31,824 bases of DNA from Candidatus Brocadiales bacterium (GCA_030586765.1 JAUQZZ010000003.1:1-31824), one strand, 5' to 3'; numbered from the stretch's first letter, positions 18,863 to 27,350 are shown. The notes: generated by a model not told the origin, from the letters alone. A program made the numbers and translations.

Positions 18863-19802
18863 TAGTCTGGCTTAGAACAGCCTCTAAGGTGCCCACAGTT
18901 TCTATGTTTCTTGTTGTCCTACTTGGGTCTATCCTATGAAGTAGTCCTGAGAGTACCTTCCCTGGCCCAACTTCATAAAACTCCTCCACCCCGTCCTTGA
19001 GGAGGTTTTCCATCGATTCAGTCCAGCGTACAGGACTGGTAAGTTGGGCAAGGAGGACATTCCTTATTTCTTCAGGTTCACTAACATATCGGGCTGTCAC
19101 ATTAGAGACCACGGGGACTGTGCTCTTATAGAATCTTGTCTTTAGGAGTTGGGGAGCCATTTTTACTTGGGCAGAGGTCATAAGGGGAGAGTGAAAGGCC
19201 CCACTTACTTTCAGGGGCATAACTGCCTTGGCCCCTCTTTTTTTTGCCAAGATTGCTGCCGCATCTATGGCCGCCTTTTCTCCAGAGATGACCACCTGGC
19301 CTGGGCAGTTATAGTTGGCAGTGCACAAGACACCGTACGCGGTGGCTTCTGCACAGACGGCCGCTACCTCTTTATCCTTTAGCCCTATGACAGAAACCAT
19401 GCCCCCAGGAACCTCCTCCGAGGCCTCCTGCATAAATTTGCCCCTCTTATAGACGAGTTCCACAGCATCCTCAAAGGCCAGGGCACCAGCAAAGACCAGT
19501 GCTGTGTATTCCCCAAGGCTGAGTCCTGCAGCGGCATGACACTCCAGGGCATCTTCACCTTTTAATGCCTTAAAGACCTCCAGGATGGCGATACTGGTTA
19601 CCAGTATGGCGGGTTGAGAGTAAAGGGTCTTATCCAGTTCTTGCTCTTTACCGTGAAAACAAACTTCGGCCAGGTCGAAACCCAAGACCTCGTTGGCCCT
19701 GCGGTAGATATTTCTAGCCTCTTGATACTGCTGGTGGAAATCTTTCCCCATGCCTACGCGGTGGGCACCCTGGCCAGGGAAGAGGAAGGCCCTCCTATTC
19801 AT
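18846..19802 (-). CDS. fabD: Malonyl-CoA:ACP transacylase
   Basis: 318 aa; FLFPGQGAHRVGMGKDF, AAAGLSLGEYTALV, PLKVSGAFHSPLM, EVGPGKVLSGLL. Confidence 0.96.
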   Translation of the reverse strand: MNRRAFLFPGQGAHRVGMGKDFHQQYQEARNIYRRANEVLGFDLAEVCFHGKEQELDKTLYSQPAILVTSIAILEVFKALKGEDALECHAAAGLSLGEYTALVFAGALAFEDAVELVYKRGKFMQEASEEVPGGMVSVIGLKDKEVAAVCAEATAYGVLCTANYNCPGQVVISGEKAAIDAAAILAKKRGAKAVMPLKVSGAFHSPLMTSAQVKMAPQLLKTRFYKSTVPVVSNVTARYVSEPEEIRNVLLAQLTSPVRWTESMENLLKDGVEEFYEVGPGKVLSGLLHRIDPSRTTRNIETVGTLEAVLSQTNASIR

Positions 19803-19805
19803 TAC

Positions 19806-20798
19806 TTACCACCTTACTATGGAGGAACTCCAGGTCAACCCTCCTCCAAAGGCAGCAAGGAGGACTAGGTCTCCTGGCTTCAGTCTTCCTTCTTTCTTTG
19901 CCTCGTCTAGGGCTATGGGTATGGAGGCTGAGGAGGTATTCCCGTACTTTTCGATATTGTGGAAGATTTTTTCCCGCGGAATTTTGAGGCGCTCCATGGT
20001 GGCCTCAATGATGCGGAAGTTGCTCTGGTGCAGGATGAAGAGGCTTATATCATCTATAGTGAGGTTTGAAGAGGTTACAGTCTTGGTGATGAGTTCTGTC
20101 AGGTTAGTTATGGCCAGCTTGAATACCTCCCTTCCACGGAACTTTATATAGTGGAGGCGTTCCTGAAGGGTTTTTGTGGAGGGAGGCATTTTTGAGCCTC
20201 CTGCTGGTAAACTCAGCACATCCGTATGATTGCCATCTGCCCCCAAGAAGGTGGAGAGGATGTGCGAGCGCTTATTACCTCTTTGTAGTACAGTAGCGCC
20301 GGCCCCGTCGCCAAAGAGTATGCAGGTAGTTCTGTCCGTGTAGTCTGTTACCTTGGAAAGGCATTCGGCACCTATTACCAGTACGGTGTTCATTGCCCCT
20401 GAGTTTATGTAGTTCTGGCCTATAGAGAGGGCGTATATAAACCCTGCGCAAGCGGCCAATACATCAAAGGCCCCGGCCTTCTTTGCCCCTATCTTCTTTT
20501 GGACGTAGCAGGAGGTGGAAGGGAATAGGCTGTCAGGAGTAATAGTAGAGGTGATAATCAGGTCTACGTCTTTTGGGGATACATTGGCATCTTCCAAGGC
20601 TTTAGTTGCTGCGATGGCGGCCAAGTCTGAGGTGGCCACCCCGTCTTCTACGATGCGGCGTTCTTTTATGCCTGTACGCTTTATAATCCATTCACTACTG
20701 GTGTCCACCATCCTTTCAAGGTCATAATTGGTCAGCCTCTTGGCTGGAAGGAAAGCGCCTGTTCCTGTAATAGCAGCTCTATTATTATTTTCTTTCAT
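19806..20798 (-). CDS. fabH: Beta-ketoacyl-ACP synthase III
   Basis: 330 aa; ITGTGAFLPAKRLTNYDLERMVDTSSEWI, DVLAACAGFIYAL (Cys), ILHQSNFRIIEA (His), YGNTSSASIPIAL (Asn). Confidence 0.97.
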   Translation of the reverse strand: MKENNNRAAITGTGAFLPAKRLTNYDLERMVDTSSEWIIKRTGIKERRIVEDGVATSDLAAIAATKALEDANVSPKDVDLIITSTITPDSLFPSTSCYVQKKIGAKKAGAFDVLAACAGFIYALSIGQNYINSGAMNTVLVIGAECLSKVTDYTDRTTCILFGDGAGATVLQRGNKRSHILSTFLGADGNHTDVLSLPAGGSKMPPSTKTLQERLHYIKFRGREVFKLAITNLTELITKTVTSSNLTIDDISLFILHQSNFRIIEATMERLKIPREKIFHNIEKYGNTSSASIPIALDEAKKEGRLKPGDLVLLAAFGGGLTWSSSIVRW

Positions 20799-20828
20799 AA
20801 CGCTCCTTGTAACTGGAACCTTGAGTGC

Positions 20829-21872
20829 TTAGTTGACTTCCTTGGCTACAGAGTATTCCACAACGGCGCCTTGAGGAAGACCACAAGCTTCTAATTCTGA
20901 GGTGATGTGGCTATTCACATGGTGTTTGCCGAATTCCAGGGCCTCTCTTATGGCGTTTTGTATGGCCTTTGCGTCAGACCTACCGTGGGAGATGATGCAG
21001 ATGCCATCTACACCCAGGAGGGGTACTCCTCCATACTCAGAATAATCCATCCTATTCCATAGTCTCCGGAGTGCAGGTCTGAGGAGCTTTAGCCCTAACC
21101 TGGTCCGGAGGCCCTTAGAGGCCTCTATCTCTATGGCGGCCACTAGGTTTTCCGCTAGACCTTCGGCAAACTTGATGAGGACATTGCCCACGAAACCTTC
21201 ACACACGACTATGTCGAACTTGCCCTCGAAGATGTCTAGACCTTCGGAGTTACCCACAAAGTCCAGGGGGGAGCTATTCAATAGATTATAGACCTGCTTA
21301 ACAAGGTCATTCCCTTTGCTATCTTCCTGGCCTATATTCAGGAGCCCTATTCTGGGCTCTTTGACTCCAAGGAGGTACTTAGTATAGACCGAGCTCATCA
21401 CCGCATACTGCAATAAATGGATAGGCTTGCATTTTAAGTTAGCCCCTACGTCCACCACTACGCACCTGCCGTGACGCGTTGGGATGGTGGCGGCAATACA
21501 GGGCCTTTTGACCCCTTTGAGCATCTTTAGATACATGGTACTAGCAGCCACAGTAGCACCGGTATTACCAGCGCTTACCAGGGCCTCTGCCTCTCCACTG
21601 GCTACTAGTTCTACGGACTTGGTGATAGAGGAGTTTCCCTTCTTTCTTAGGGCTGCTACCCCAGGCTCGTCCATTCCTACCACCTGTGCGGCATGCCTGA
21701 TGAATATATTATTTGGACGAGGCGAATAGTTCCTAAGGAGTTCACCAATTTCTTTTTCATTACCAACTAAGATTATCTCAGCAGTCTTAAATTTATTTGC
21801 TGCCTGCACTGCTCCCTTAACGATCTCCATGGGTGCACGGTCTCCACCCATGGCATCAACAGCTATTCTCAT
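20829..21872 (-). CDS. plsX: Phosphate acyltransferase PlsX
   Basis: 347 aa; IAVDAMGGDRAPMEIVKGAVQA, LVSAGNTGATVAAS, VDVGANLKCKP, CEGFVGNVLIKFAEG. Confidence 0.96.
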   Translation of the reverse strand: MRIAVDAMGGDRAPMEIVKGAVQAANKFKTAEIILVGNEKEIGELLRNYSPRPNNIFIRHAAQVVGMDEPGVAALRKKGNSSITKSVELVASGEAEALVSAGNTGATVAASTMYLKMLKGVKRPCIAATIPTRHGRCVVVDVGANLKCKPIHLLQYAVMSSVYTKYLLGVKEPRIGLLNIGQEDSKGNDLVKQVYNLLNSSPLDFVGNSEGLDIFEGKFDIVVCEGFVGNVLIKFAEGLAENLVAAIEIEASKGLRTRLGLKLLRPALRRLWNRMDYSEYGGVPLLGVDGICIISHGRSDAKAIQNAIREALEFGKHHVNSHITSELEACGLPQGAVVEYSVAKEVN

Positions 21873-21873
21873 C

Positions 21874-22104
21874 TCAGACCCTTTCTACAGCGACCATCTG
21901 CCTCCCACGATAGTAGCCACAGTTGTGGCATATAGAGTGGGATAACTTTACGTGCTTACAGTGTGGACAGATAAAACGTTTGGAAAGATTGCCAGAACTT
22001 CTCTGTATAATATGAAAGCTTGGGATATTAGGGGGCTCAAGGCTGTCATGAGCGCGCCTTTTTCCTGTTCTAGAATTAGAGTGTCTTCTTTTGGGATTGG
22101 GCAT
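21874..22104 (-). CDS. rpmF: 50S ribosomal protein L32
   Basis: Start reassigned to the internal Met: MPNPKRRHSNSRTGKRRAHDS...CPHCKHVKLSHSICHNCGYYRGRQ (zinc ribbon). Confidence 0.95.
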   Translation of the reverse strand: MPNPKRRHSNSRTGKRRAHDSLEPPNIPSFHIIQRSSGNLSKRFICPHCKHVKLSHSICHNCGYYRGRQMVAVERV

Positions 22105-22194
22105 TACAAACTCCTTAAAGATTAAAGCACTAAAGGGAAGAAAAAGGAAGAGCAAGAGACATTTTTACTTCCTTCTCCTTCCCTAATGTTATTC

Positions 22195-22223
22195 CATTAT
22201 AATTATTATACTTACGTATTTCA
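22195..22223 (-). promoter_or_regulatory. Putative proximal promoter of the rpmF-plsX-fab operon
   Basis: Minus strand TTGAAA (22218-22223) - N17 - TATAAT (22195-22200). Confidence 0.65.
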
Positions 22224-22241
22224 ACCCCCCACAGGACGGCG

Positions 22242-22270
22242 TATTCTATTGCCCCTTGGTTTTTTTGTCA
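22242..22270 (-). promoter_or_regulatory. Putative distal promoter of the rpmF-plsX-fab operon
   Basis: Minus strand TTGACA (22265-22270) - N17 - TAGAAT (22242-22247). Confidence 0.55.
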
Positions 22271-22275
22271 AGGGA

Positions 22276-22315
22276 AATCTAACTATTATTTTCCTGATAG
22301 AGGATACTAGTTAGA
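22276..22315. repeat. 9-bp perfect inverted repeat ATCTAACTA-N22-TAGTTAGAT
   Basis: Arms 22276-22284 and 22307-22315, directly upstream of the distal rpmF promoter -35. Confidence 0.7.
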
Positions 22316-22346
22316 TGAGCTCCCACAGTTCTTTTCCACCGGTTGC

Positions 22347-22865
22347 TTATTTCAGGAGGATGAGCCCAAAGTACTTCACGTATTCGCCCTTCCTTTCTAG
22401 GAAGTTGACCTCAAGGCCATTATTTCTTACGGTTTGGAAGACATCTATTCCGCAGGCCTCCATAGATGGCCTGGCCTTATAAGGCAGTAGGCAGGGCCCT
22501 TCTTCTGGACACTTAGTACACAAGGGGCAGGGCCCAGCCCCCAGGGCAAGGGCCTTATGGTATCCACCAATATTGGCCTCCAGCTCCAGTTTTAGAAGCA
22601 TTTCCTTAAAATCCTTCCCTGGTGGCTGGCCTTCCACTAGGAGGCTATACTTGTAGTAGCCCAGTATCTCTTTGGTCTCTTTATAGTGCGGGGCGAAAGG
22701 TGGACAGGTCTTGGACCTGCCATAATGTGGACATCCGAAACGACATTTAAGTTGTACCCAGGGCTCCACCACTACACTATCAATAGGTATTATCTTTGCC
22801 TCGGTGGCCCCCAGGCGTATTGCCTCATCACACAGAACGCTTATCGGCTCTATTTTTGTCCTCAC
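22347..22865 (-). CDS. DUF2284-family Cys-rich metal-binding protein
   Basis: 172 aa; VQLKCRFGCPHYGRSKTCPPFAP, LGAGPCPLCTKCPEEGPCLLPYKARPSMEACGIDVFQTVRNNG. Confidence 0.88.
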   Translation of the reverse strand: MRTKIEPISVLCDEAIRLGATEAKIIPIDSVVVEPWVQLKCRFGCPHYGRSKTCPPFAPHYKETKEILGYYKYSLLVEGQPPGKDFKEMLLKLELEANIGGYHKALALGAGPCPLCTKCPEEGPCLLPYKARPSMEACGIDVFQTVRNNGLEVNFLERKGEYVKYFGLILLK

Positions 22866-22956
22866 TTTATTCTCTCTTTCAAAAGGGGCTGTATCTAGCG
22901 AGTAGATTAACTAATCAGATACCAACAACAGAACATGCTGTCAACTAAAATTGGGT

Positions 22957-22985
22957 TTGACCCCTGCTAGGTGGTGTGATAGTAT
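22957..22985 (+). promoter_or_regulatory. Putative promoter of lpxD
   Basis: TTGACC (22957-22962) - N17 - TAGTAT (22980-22985), 42 nt upstream of the ATG. Confidence 0.45.
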
Positions 22986-23026
22986 TGGTCCTAAATTGTT
23001 AGGTCCAGGGTTATTAGGAGGCCGAC

Positions 23027-24070
23027 ATGGAATATACCTTAAGCCAGATATGTTCCATCACTGGTGGCAGACTGGTGGGGGATGGTAGTGTGAGGATTAC
23101 AGGGGTGGGAAGCCTGGAGGGGGCCAGGCCAGGGGACATTTCTTTTGTAAAGGGAGAAGGGTTAGTAAAGAAGGCCTTAAATACCAGGGCCTCTGCCCTT
23201 CTTTCCCATAGGGATATACCTGAATTGGCCAGACCTCTCATTATATCTGATAACCCCTTTCTGGCCTTTGTGAGGCTTCTGGAGGTGGTTGCCAAGGAGA
23301 AGGTCGGGCAGCCCATGGGAGTCCACCCCTCAGCCCTTGTCTCTAAGGGTGCCTCTATTGGCAAGGATGTTTCCGTAGGAGCCTATAGCGTCGTTGAAGA
23401 GGGGGCAGTGATAGGGGACCGAGTTACCATATACCCTCTTGTTTATATTGGGCGGGGCTCTAAGGTGGGAGAGGATACGGTTATCTACCCACAGGTTTCC
23501 GTAAGGGAAGAGGTGATTATCGGGCGGAGGGTAGTAATCCATTCGGGCACCGTTATAGGTGGGGACGGTTTTGGCTATCTTCAGGTAAAGGGACGCCACG
23601 TGAAGATACCCCAGGTGGGGACGGTAGAGATTGGTGATGATGTGGAGATAGGGTCTAATGTTACCGTTGCTCGGTCCACCCTGGATAAGACAGTGATAGG
23701 CCGTGGCGTAAAGATAGACAACCATTCTCATGTGGCCCATAACGTAATTATAGGTGAGGATTCTATGCTCATTGCCTACGCAAAGATTGCAGGGGGGGCC
23801 GTTGTGGGTAAGAAGGTGATGATAGCAGAGGATGTAGGCATAACCGACCACGCAGTGATAGGAGATGGCTGCACCATTGGCGGTGGCTCCAATGTGTACA
23901 AGAGCCTTCCCCCTGGCGCCATTGTGTGGGGTTCACCTGCAAAACCTATGATGGAGGAGAAGAGACTCCAAGCCCTTTTGAGAAAACTCCCATCTATGCG
24001 AGAGGGCCTCAAGCAGATATATAAAAGGTTAAAAGAAAAAGGGGTATTAGAAGAGGATTTAAAGATATAG
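23027..24070 (+). CDS. lpxD: UDP-3-O-(3-hydroxyacyl)glucosamine N-acyltransferase
   Basis: 347 aa; left-handed beta-helix hexapeptide repeats, IGRGSKVGEDTVIYPQVSVREEVIIGRRVVIHSGTVIGGDGFGY, DNHSHVAHNVIIGEDSML; RBS AGGAGG. Confidence 0.94.
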   Translation: MEYTLSQICSITGGRLVGDGSVRITGVGSLEGARPGDISFVKGEGLVKKALNTRASALLSHRDIPELARPLIISDNPFLAFVRLLEVVAKEKVGQPMGVHPSALVSKGASIGKDVSVGAYSVVEEGAVIGDRVTIYPLVYIGRGSKVGEDTVIYPQVSVREEVIIGRRVVIHSGTVIGGDGFGYLQVKGRHVKIPQVGTVEIGDDVEIGSNVTVARSTLDKTVIGRGVKIDNHSHVAHNVIIGEDSMLIAYAKIAGGAVVGKKVMIAEDVGITDHAVIGDGCTIGGGSNVYKSLPPGAIVWGSPAKPMMEEKRLQALLRKLPSMREGLKQIYKRLKEKGVLEEDLKI

Positions 24071-24072
24071 TC

Positions 24073-24097
24073 TCCTAATACCCCTCTAGGATTTTTT
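24073..24097 (+). terminator. Weak putative rho-independent terminator after lpxD
   Basis: TCCTA-N9-TAGGA followed by TTTTTT; the stem is only 5 bp. Confidence 0.3.
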
Positions 24098-24109
24098 AGA
24101 AGAAAGTCT

Positions 24110-25246
24110 CTAGTTTCCTACCTCGACTGGTTCCTTAGCGGCTTCCCTTACCACAAAGCGCTTCTCCAGCTTCTTCATCTTCTCTACTATTCCACCGTAT
24201 TCTAGCTCTTCGTAGTGGAGCATAGCTGGGCCAGAGAAGCCCTGGCGTCTTATCTCTGTGGCCTTGAGGGATACGTTTTGTCTGACCCAATCCCAGTAGG
24301 GATGGTCAAAGGCATCGGCAGGCTCGGTGAGCTTACCGTTACGGACGCAGAAGGCTGCGCAGGTAACCACTACTGGTCCATCAAAGTAGGAGATGGTTGT
24401 GTTGAGCTTGCAGGGCATCATTGGGCCTACGTGGCTGCCCCTCATGGTCCCTGCTGCGTAGTGGCCTATACTATAAGGGGAGAGCACCTCGCCCGTAGCG
24501 GGGAACTGTGCCTGAACCCTCACCAGCATTACAGGGTCGTCCTTCCCTGTGTATTTTCCTGCTATGTTGTGGAGCCTCTGGGTGCTGGCTACTACTGCCT
24601 GGTCGCCGGTACTTCTTGACCAGATAGATTCTACGACAAATCTGGAGTTATCCCTGAGCAGGGCGGCTATGTCATAGGTGTCCTCTGGGGAACAGAGTTC
24701 TATTATACGGTCCCCTTCAGTGTAGTTTACGTCCATAATTACGAACCTGAATCCCTTAGCCATAGAGGGGCTGAGCATAAGACCAGGGCAATGCATAATG
24801 TCTGCAAAGCCTAGGAAAAGTGGGAGATTGTAGGCCCCTGGCTCGGTCTTATCTGCGGCAAAGAAGAGGAAGGGTTCATTAGGTCTCTCCTCTATCTCCA
24901 TCTCTGCCACAGAAGGTCCCAGACCCTTCACGTTTCCAGAGAAGGCGTCCTTTAAGAGGTCTTGGCCTGCACCGTAAAGACCCTGCTCCTTGGCCACCTT
25001 GGTTCCAGCTACAAAGGCATTCCAGGCTAGCCTATGGATATCCTCGTTAAGCCTACCCCTGGTGTGGGTCATTAGTATGGCTATATCATCGCCAGTGGAA
25101 CTGATGTACGAATCTATTAAAAGGCCCTTTCTAGTGCCGTTAGCCTCTATATGGTCCCTCACCGTCTTCATCAACTGGGCACTGGGCTTGATGTGTCCAC
25201 CAATACTGCCTACATCGGCCTTAATTACACTGAGGGTCATTTTCAT
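24110..25246 (-). CDS. fbp: Class V (archaeal-type, bifunctional) fructose-1,6-bisphosphate aldolase/phosphatase
   Basis: 378 aa; TLSVIKADVGSIGGHIKPS, DSYISSTGDDIAILMTHTRG, FLFFAADKTEPGAYNLPLFLGFADIMHCPGLMLSPSM. Confidence 0.93.
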   Translation of the reverse strand: MKMTLSVIKADVGSIGGHIKPSAQLMKTVRDHIEANGTRKGLLIDSYISSTGDDIAILMTHTRGRLNEDIHRLAWNAFVAGTKVAKEQGLYGAGQDLLKDAFSGNVKGLGPSVAEMEIEERPNEPFLFFAADKTEPGAYNLPLFLGFADIMHCPGLMLSPSMAKGFRFVIMDVNYTEGDRIIELCSPEDTYDIAALLRDNSRFVVESIWSRSTGDQAVVASTQRLHNIAGKYTGKDDPVMLVRVQAQFPATGEVLSPYSIGHYAAGTMRGSHVGPMMPCKLNTTISYFDGPVVVTCAAFCVRNGKLTEPADAFDHPYWDWVRQNVSLKATEIRRQGFSGPAMLHYEELEYGGIVEKMKKLEKRFVVREAAKEPVEVGN

Positions 25247-25319
25247 TTTCTATCTCCCACAAATGCCTGTATGCTGTATGAATTCTTTCTCCTGGTTGGT
25301 TATGTAAAGAGGACAACTT

Positions 25320-25347
25320 ATTATACTTATGTAATCTTAAAAATCAA
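25320..25347 (-). promoter_or_regulatory. Putative promoter of the FBP aldolase/phosphatase gene
   Basis: Minus strand TTGATT (25342-25347) - N16 - TATAAT (25320-25325). Confidence 0.6.
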
Positions 25348-25415
25348 CCCATATTTTGCCCTTTCATTATTTTATTGACAAGGGAATCCCACGGCTGGTA
25401 GGTTTAGGCGGGATT

Positions 25416-26213
25416 ATGAGGCAGACAGCCAAGGAAACAAATTTCATAAAGTTTTTGGGCACAGCTGGGGCACGCTTTGTGGTATCTACCCAGCTCAGGG
25501 CCTCGGGAGGTGTGTGGTTCTCCCTGGACGGGGTAAATATCCTGGGAGACCCAGGGCCAGGGAGCTTGGTGCGCTGTGTTTCCAGCAGGCCAAAGCTCAA
25601 CCCTGCCCATCTGGACGCTATTATTGTAACCCACAGACACCTGGACCACTGCGGGGATGTAAATATAATGATAGAGGCCATGACAGAAGGGGGTACAAAG
25701 AAGAAGGGTGTCCTCTTCGCCCCAAGGCAGGCCCTGGAGGAAGACCCTGTAGTATTTCTCTATATACGGAAGTTTTTGGAAAAGATAGAGGTACTCAAGG
25801 AGGGAGGGACCTACAGGGTGAAGGATATATCCTTTTCCACCCCCCTCAAGCACCAGCACCCAGCAGAGACCTACGGGATAAACTTCCAGACCTCCCGATG
25901 CACGATATCCTGGGTAGTGGACACCTGCTTCTTCCCCGACCTCCTCAAACATTACAGGGGGGATGTCCTTATTCTGAATGCCGTGAGGTTTAAGGATGAA
26001 AACGACAAAGAAAAGGGCATATATCATCTTAATTTTGACGACATCAAGGGGATGGTCAAGGAGCTAAAACCCAGGCTGACCATCCTCACCCACTTTGGCA
26101 TGAAGATGCTCCATGCCCGCCCCCATGAGCTGGCCATGCAACTCTCTAATGAAATAGGCTGCAAGGTACTTGCAGCCAGTGACGGGATGAGAGTGGATTT
26201 AACTCAGCTTTAA
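25416..26213 (+). CDS. MBL-fold metallo-hydrolase
   Basis: Likely start at the internal ATG (MRQTAKETNFIKFLGTAGARFVV; ORF track start 25356). Contains VTHRHLDHCGDVN, WVVDTCFFPDLL and LTHFGMKML. Confidence 0.85.
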   Translation: MRQTAKETNFIKFLGTAGARFVVSTQLRASGGVWFSLDGVNILGDPGPGSLVRCVSSRPKLNPAHLDAIIVTHRHLDHCGDVNIMIEAMTEGGTKKKGVLFAPRQALEEDPVVFLYIRKFLEKIEVLKEGGTYRVKDISFSTPLKHQHPAETYGINFQTSRCTISWVVDTCFFPDLLKHYRGDVLILNAVRFKDENDKEKGIYHLNFDDIKGMVKELKPRLTILTHFGMKMLHARPHELAMQLSNEIGCKVLAASDGMRVDLTQL

Positions 26214-26242
26214 TTCTTTATACGGTAACAGGATTCTATTCC

Positions 26243-26271
26243 TTGACGTGTCTTTTTGGGTCTGTTATTAT
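26243..26271 (+). promoter_or_regulatory. Putative sigma70-type promoter for the Cys-rich protein/psd operon
   Basis: TTGACG (26243-26248) - N17 - TATTAT (26266-26271); AAAGGAG RBS follows. Confidence 0.6.
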
Positions 26272-26295
26272 CTCCTTAACTTAAAGGAGATAGGC

Positions 26296-26628
26296 ATGGC
26301 GAGGGGAAGGTTAAGTTATCTCTGGCAAAAGCTGGAGGAGGGTTGGGGCAAGCTTCGGAGATTTTATCTCGTCCACTATAGAGAAGACTACGTCCAGGGC
26401 CAAGTGCGATGGAGGCAGGGTGCTTGCCGGCGCTGTGGGAGTTGCTGCAGAATTATGTTTCGCTGTCCCCACCTCATTACTGAAAACCAGTGCTCCATCT
26501 ACTACTGCCGCTATAAACAGTGTAAGGCCTTTCCCATAGATGACCGAGACCTAAAATATCTCAGGCATACCTGCGGATTCTCTTTCTTAAGGCCAAAAGA
26601 GGCAAGGTTTACACAGAGGGCATCATGA
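26296..26628 (+). CDS. YkgJ-like Cys-rich (zinc/iron-chelating) small protein
   Basis: Start reassigned to ATG 26296 (AAAGGAGATAGGC upstream). CRRCGSCCRIMFRCPHLITENQCSIYYCRYKQCKAFP; shares the 4-nt ATGA overlap with psd. Confidence 0.7.
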   Translation: MARGRLSYLWQKLEEGWGKLRRFYLVHYREDYVQGQVRWRQGACRRCGSCCRIMFRCPHLITENQCSIYYCRYKQCKAFPIDDRDLKYLRHTCGFSFLRPKEARFTQRAS

Positions 26629-27275
26629 GACTGCCTGTTTCCCCATATGCCTTGCAGGAGTTGTTCATGTTTAGCGCCTTTTTATCCCTTGCCATAGGGT
26701 ACTCTCTTAGGGTCTTTCCTTGGTTAAGTATCCTTTGCATCCTTGCTTTGGCCTTCCTCTGGTATTTCTTCAGGGACCCAGAGAGGGTCATTTTGAGGTC
26801 CAATAGCAGGCTCCTTTCCCCTGCTGACGGTAGGGTGGTGGAGATTGCCTCAGTGAAGGAGGATGATTTTCTAAAGGGTGAGGCCTTGAAGATAGGTGTC
26901 TTTATGTCCCTCTTTGATGTCCATGTAAACAGGATGCCCTGCAGTGGCAGGGTAGAGTTCTTGGCGCATCGGAACGGACGTTTTTTTGATGCCCGTAGTC
27001 CCGAGGCCTCCATACGGAATGAGTGTAAACTAATAGGCCTTGTGGCCGATGGCGGCAAGAAATTTCTGGTGAAGCAGATTGCAGGCCTGGTGGCCAGGCG
27101 GATCGTTTGTCCCTTGAACATAGGGGACCACCTGGAGCAGGGGCAAAGGTTTGGTATGGTAAAATTCGGCTCCAGGGTGGAACTCTATATACCCAAGGAC
27201 CAGCCCGTTCATATAAGGGTGAGGGAAGGCCAGAAGGTCAAGGCCGGGATAACCGTCCTGGCAGAACTTATCTAA
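26625..27275 (+). CDS. psd: Phosphatidylserine decarboxylase (short form)
   Basis: 216 aa; N-terminal TM, FFRDPER, LSPADGRVVEI, VFMSLFDVHVNRMP, FGMVKFGSRVELYIP (pyruvoyl-generating Ser). Confidence 0.93.
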   Translation: MRLPVSPYALQELFMFSAFLSLAIGYSLRVFPWLSILCILALAFLWYFFRDPERVILRSNSRLLSPADGRVVEIASVKEDDFLKGEALKIGVFMSLFDVHVNRMPCSGRVEFLAHRNGRFFDARSPEASIRNECKLIGLVADGGKKFLVKQIAGLVARRIVCPLNIGDHLEQGQRFGMVKFGSRVELYIPKDQPVHIRVREGQKVKAGITVLAELI

Positions 27276-27333
27276 GGATGTCGAGACCTCTGAAAGTCAG
27301 TCAACCGGGCTAGGGGGGTCATGCCAGAGGCAG

Positions 27334-27350
27334 ATCCGCCTTAGGCGGAT
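27334..27350. repeat. Perfect 7-bp hairpin ATCCGCC-tta-GGCGGAT inside a longer imperfect stem
   Basis: Direct reading; outer CCAG...CTGG arms extend it to roughly 27324-27360. Confidence 0.7.

Noticed and set aside
22939-22944. Perfect minus-strand TTGACA upstream of the DUF2284 gene
   Set aside because: The best -10 at N17 (TATCTG) matches only 3/6, so I did not list it as a promoter feature.
23330-23851. 173-aa minus-strand ORF inside lpxD
   Set aside because: Opposite conserved hexapeptide-repeat coding; no RBS or family similarity recognised.
25374-25416. Plus-strand TTGACA just upstream of the MBL hydrolase
   Set aside because: No acceptable -10 at 16-18 nt (best TAGGTT, 3/6).
25404-26027. 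207-aa minus-strand ORF opposite the MBL hydrolase
   Set aside because: The MBL frame has HxHxDH-like and other conserved motifs; the antisense frame has none.
26248-26295. Upstream start (16-aa extension) of the Cys-rich protein
   Set aside because: This segment overlaps the predicted promoter -35/-10; ATG 26296 has a good RBS.
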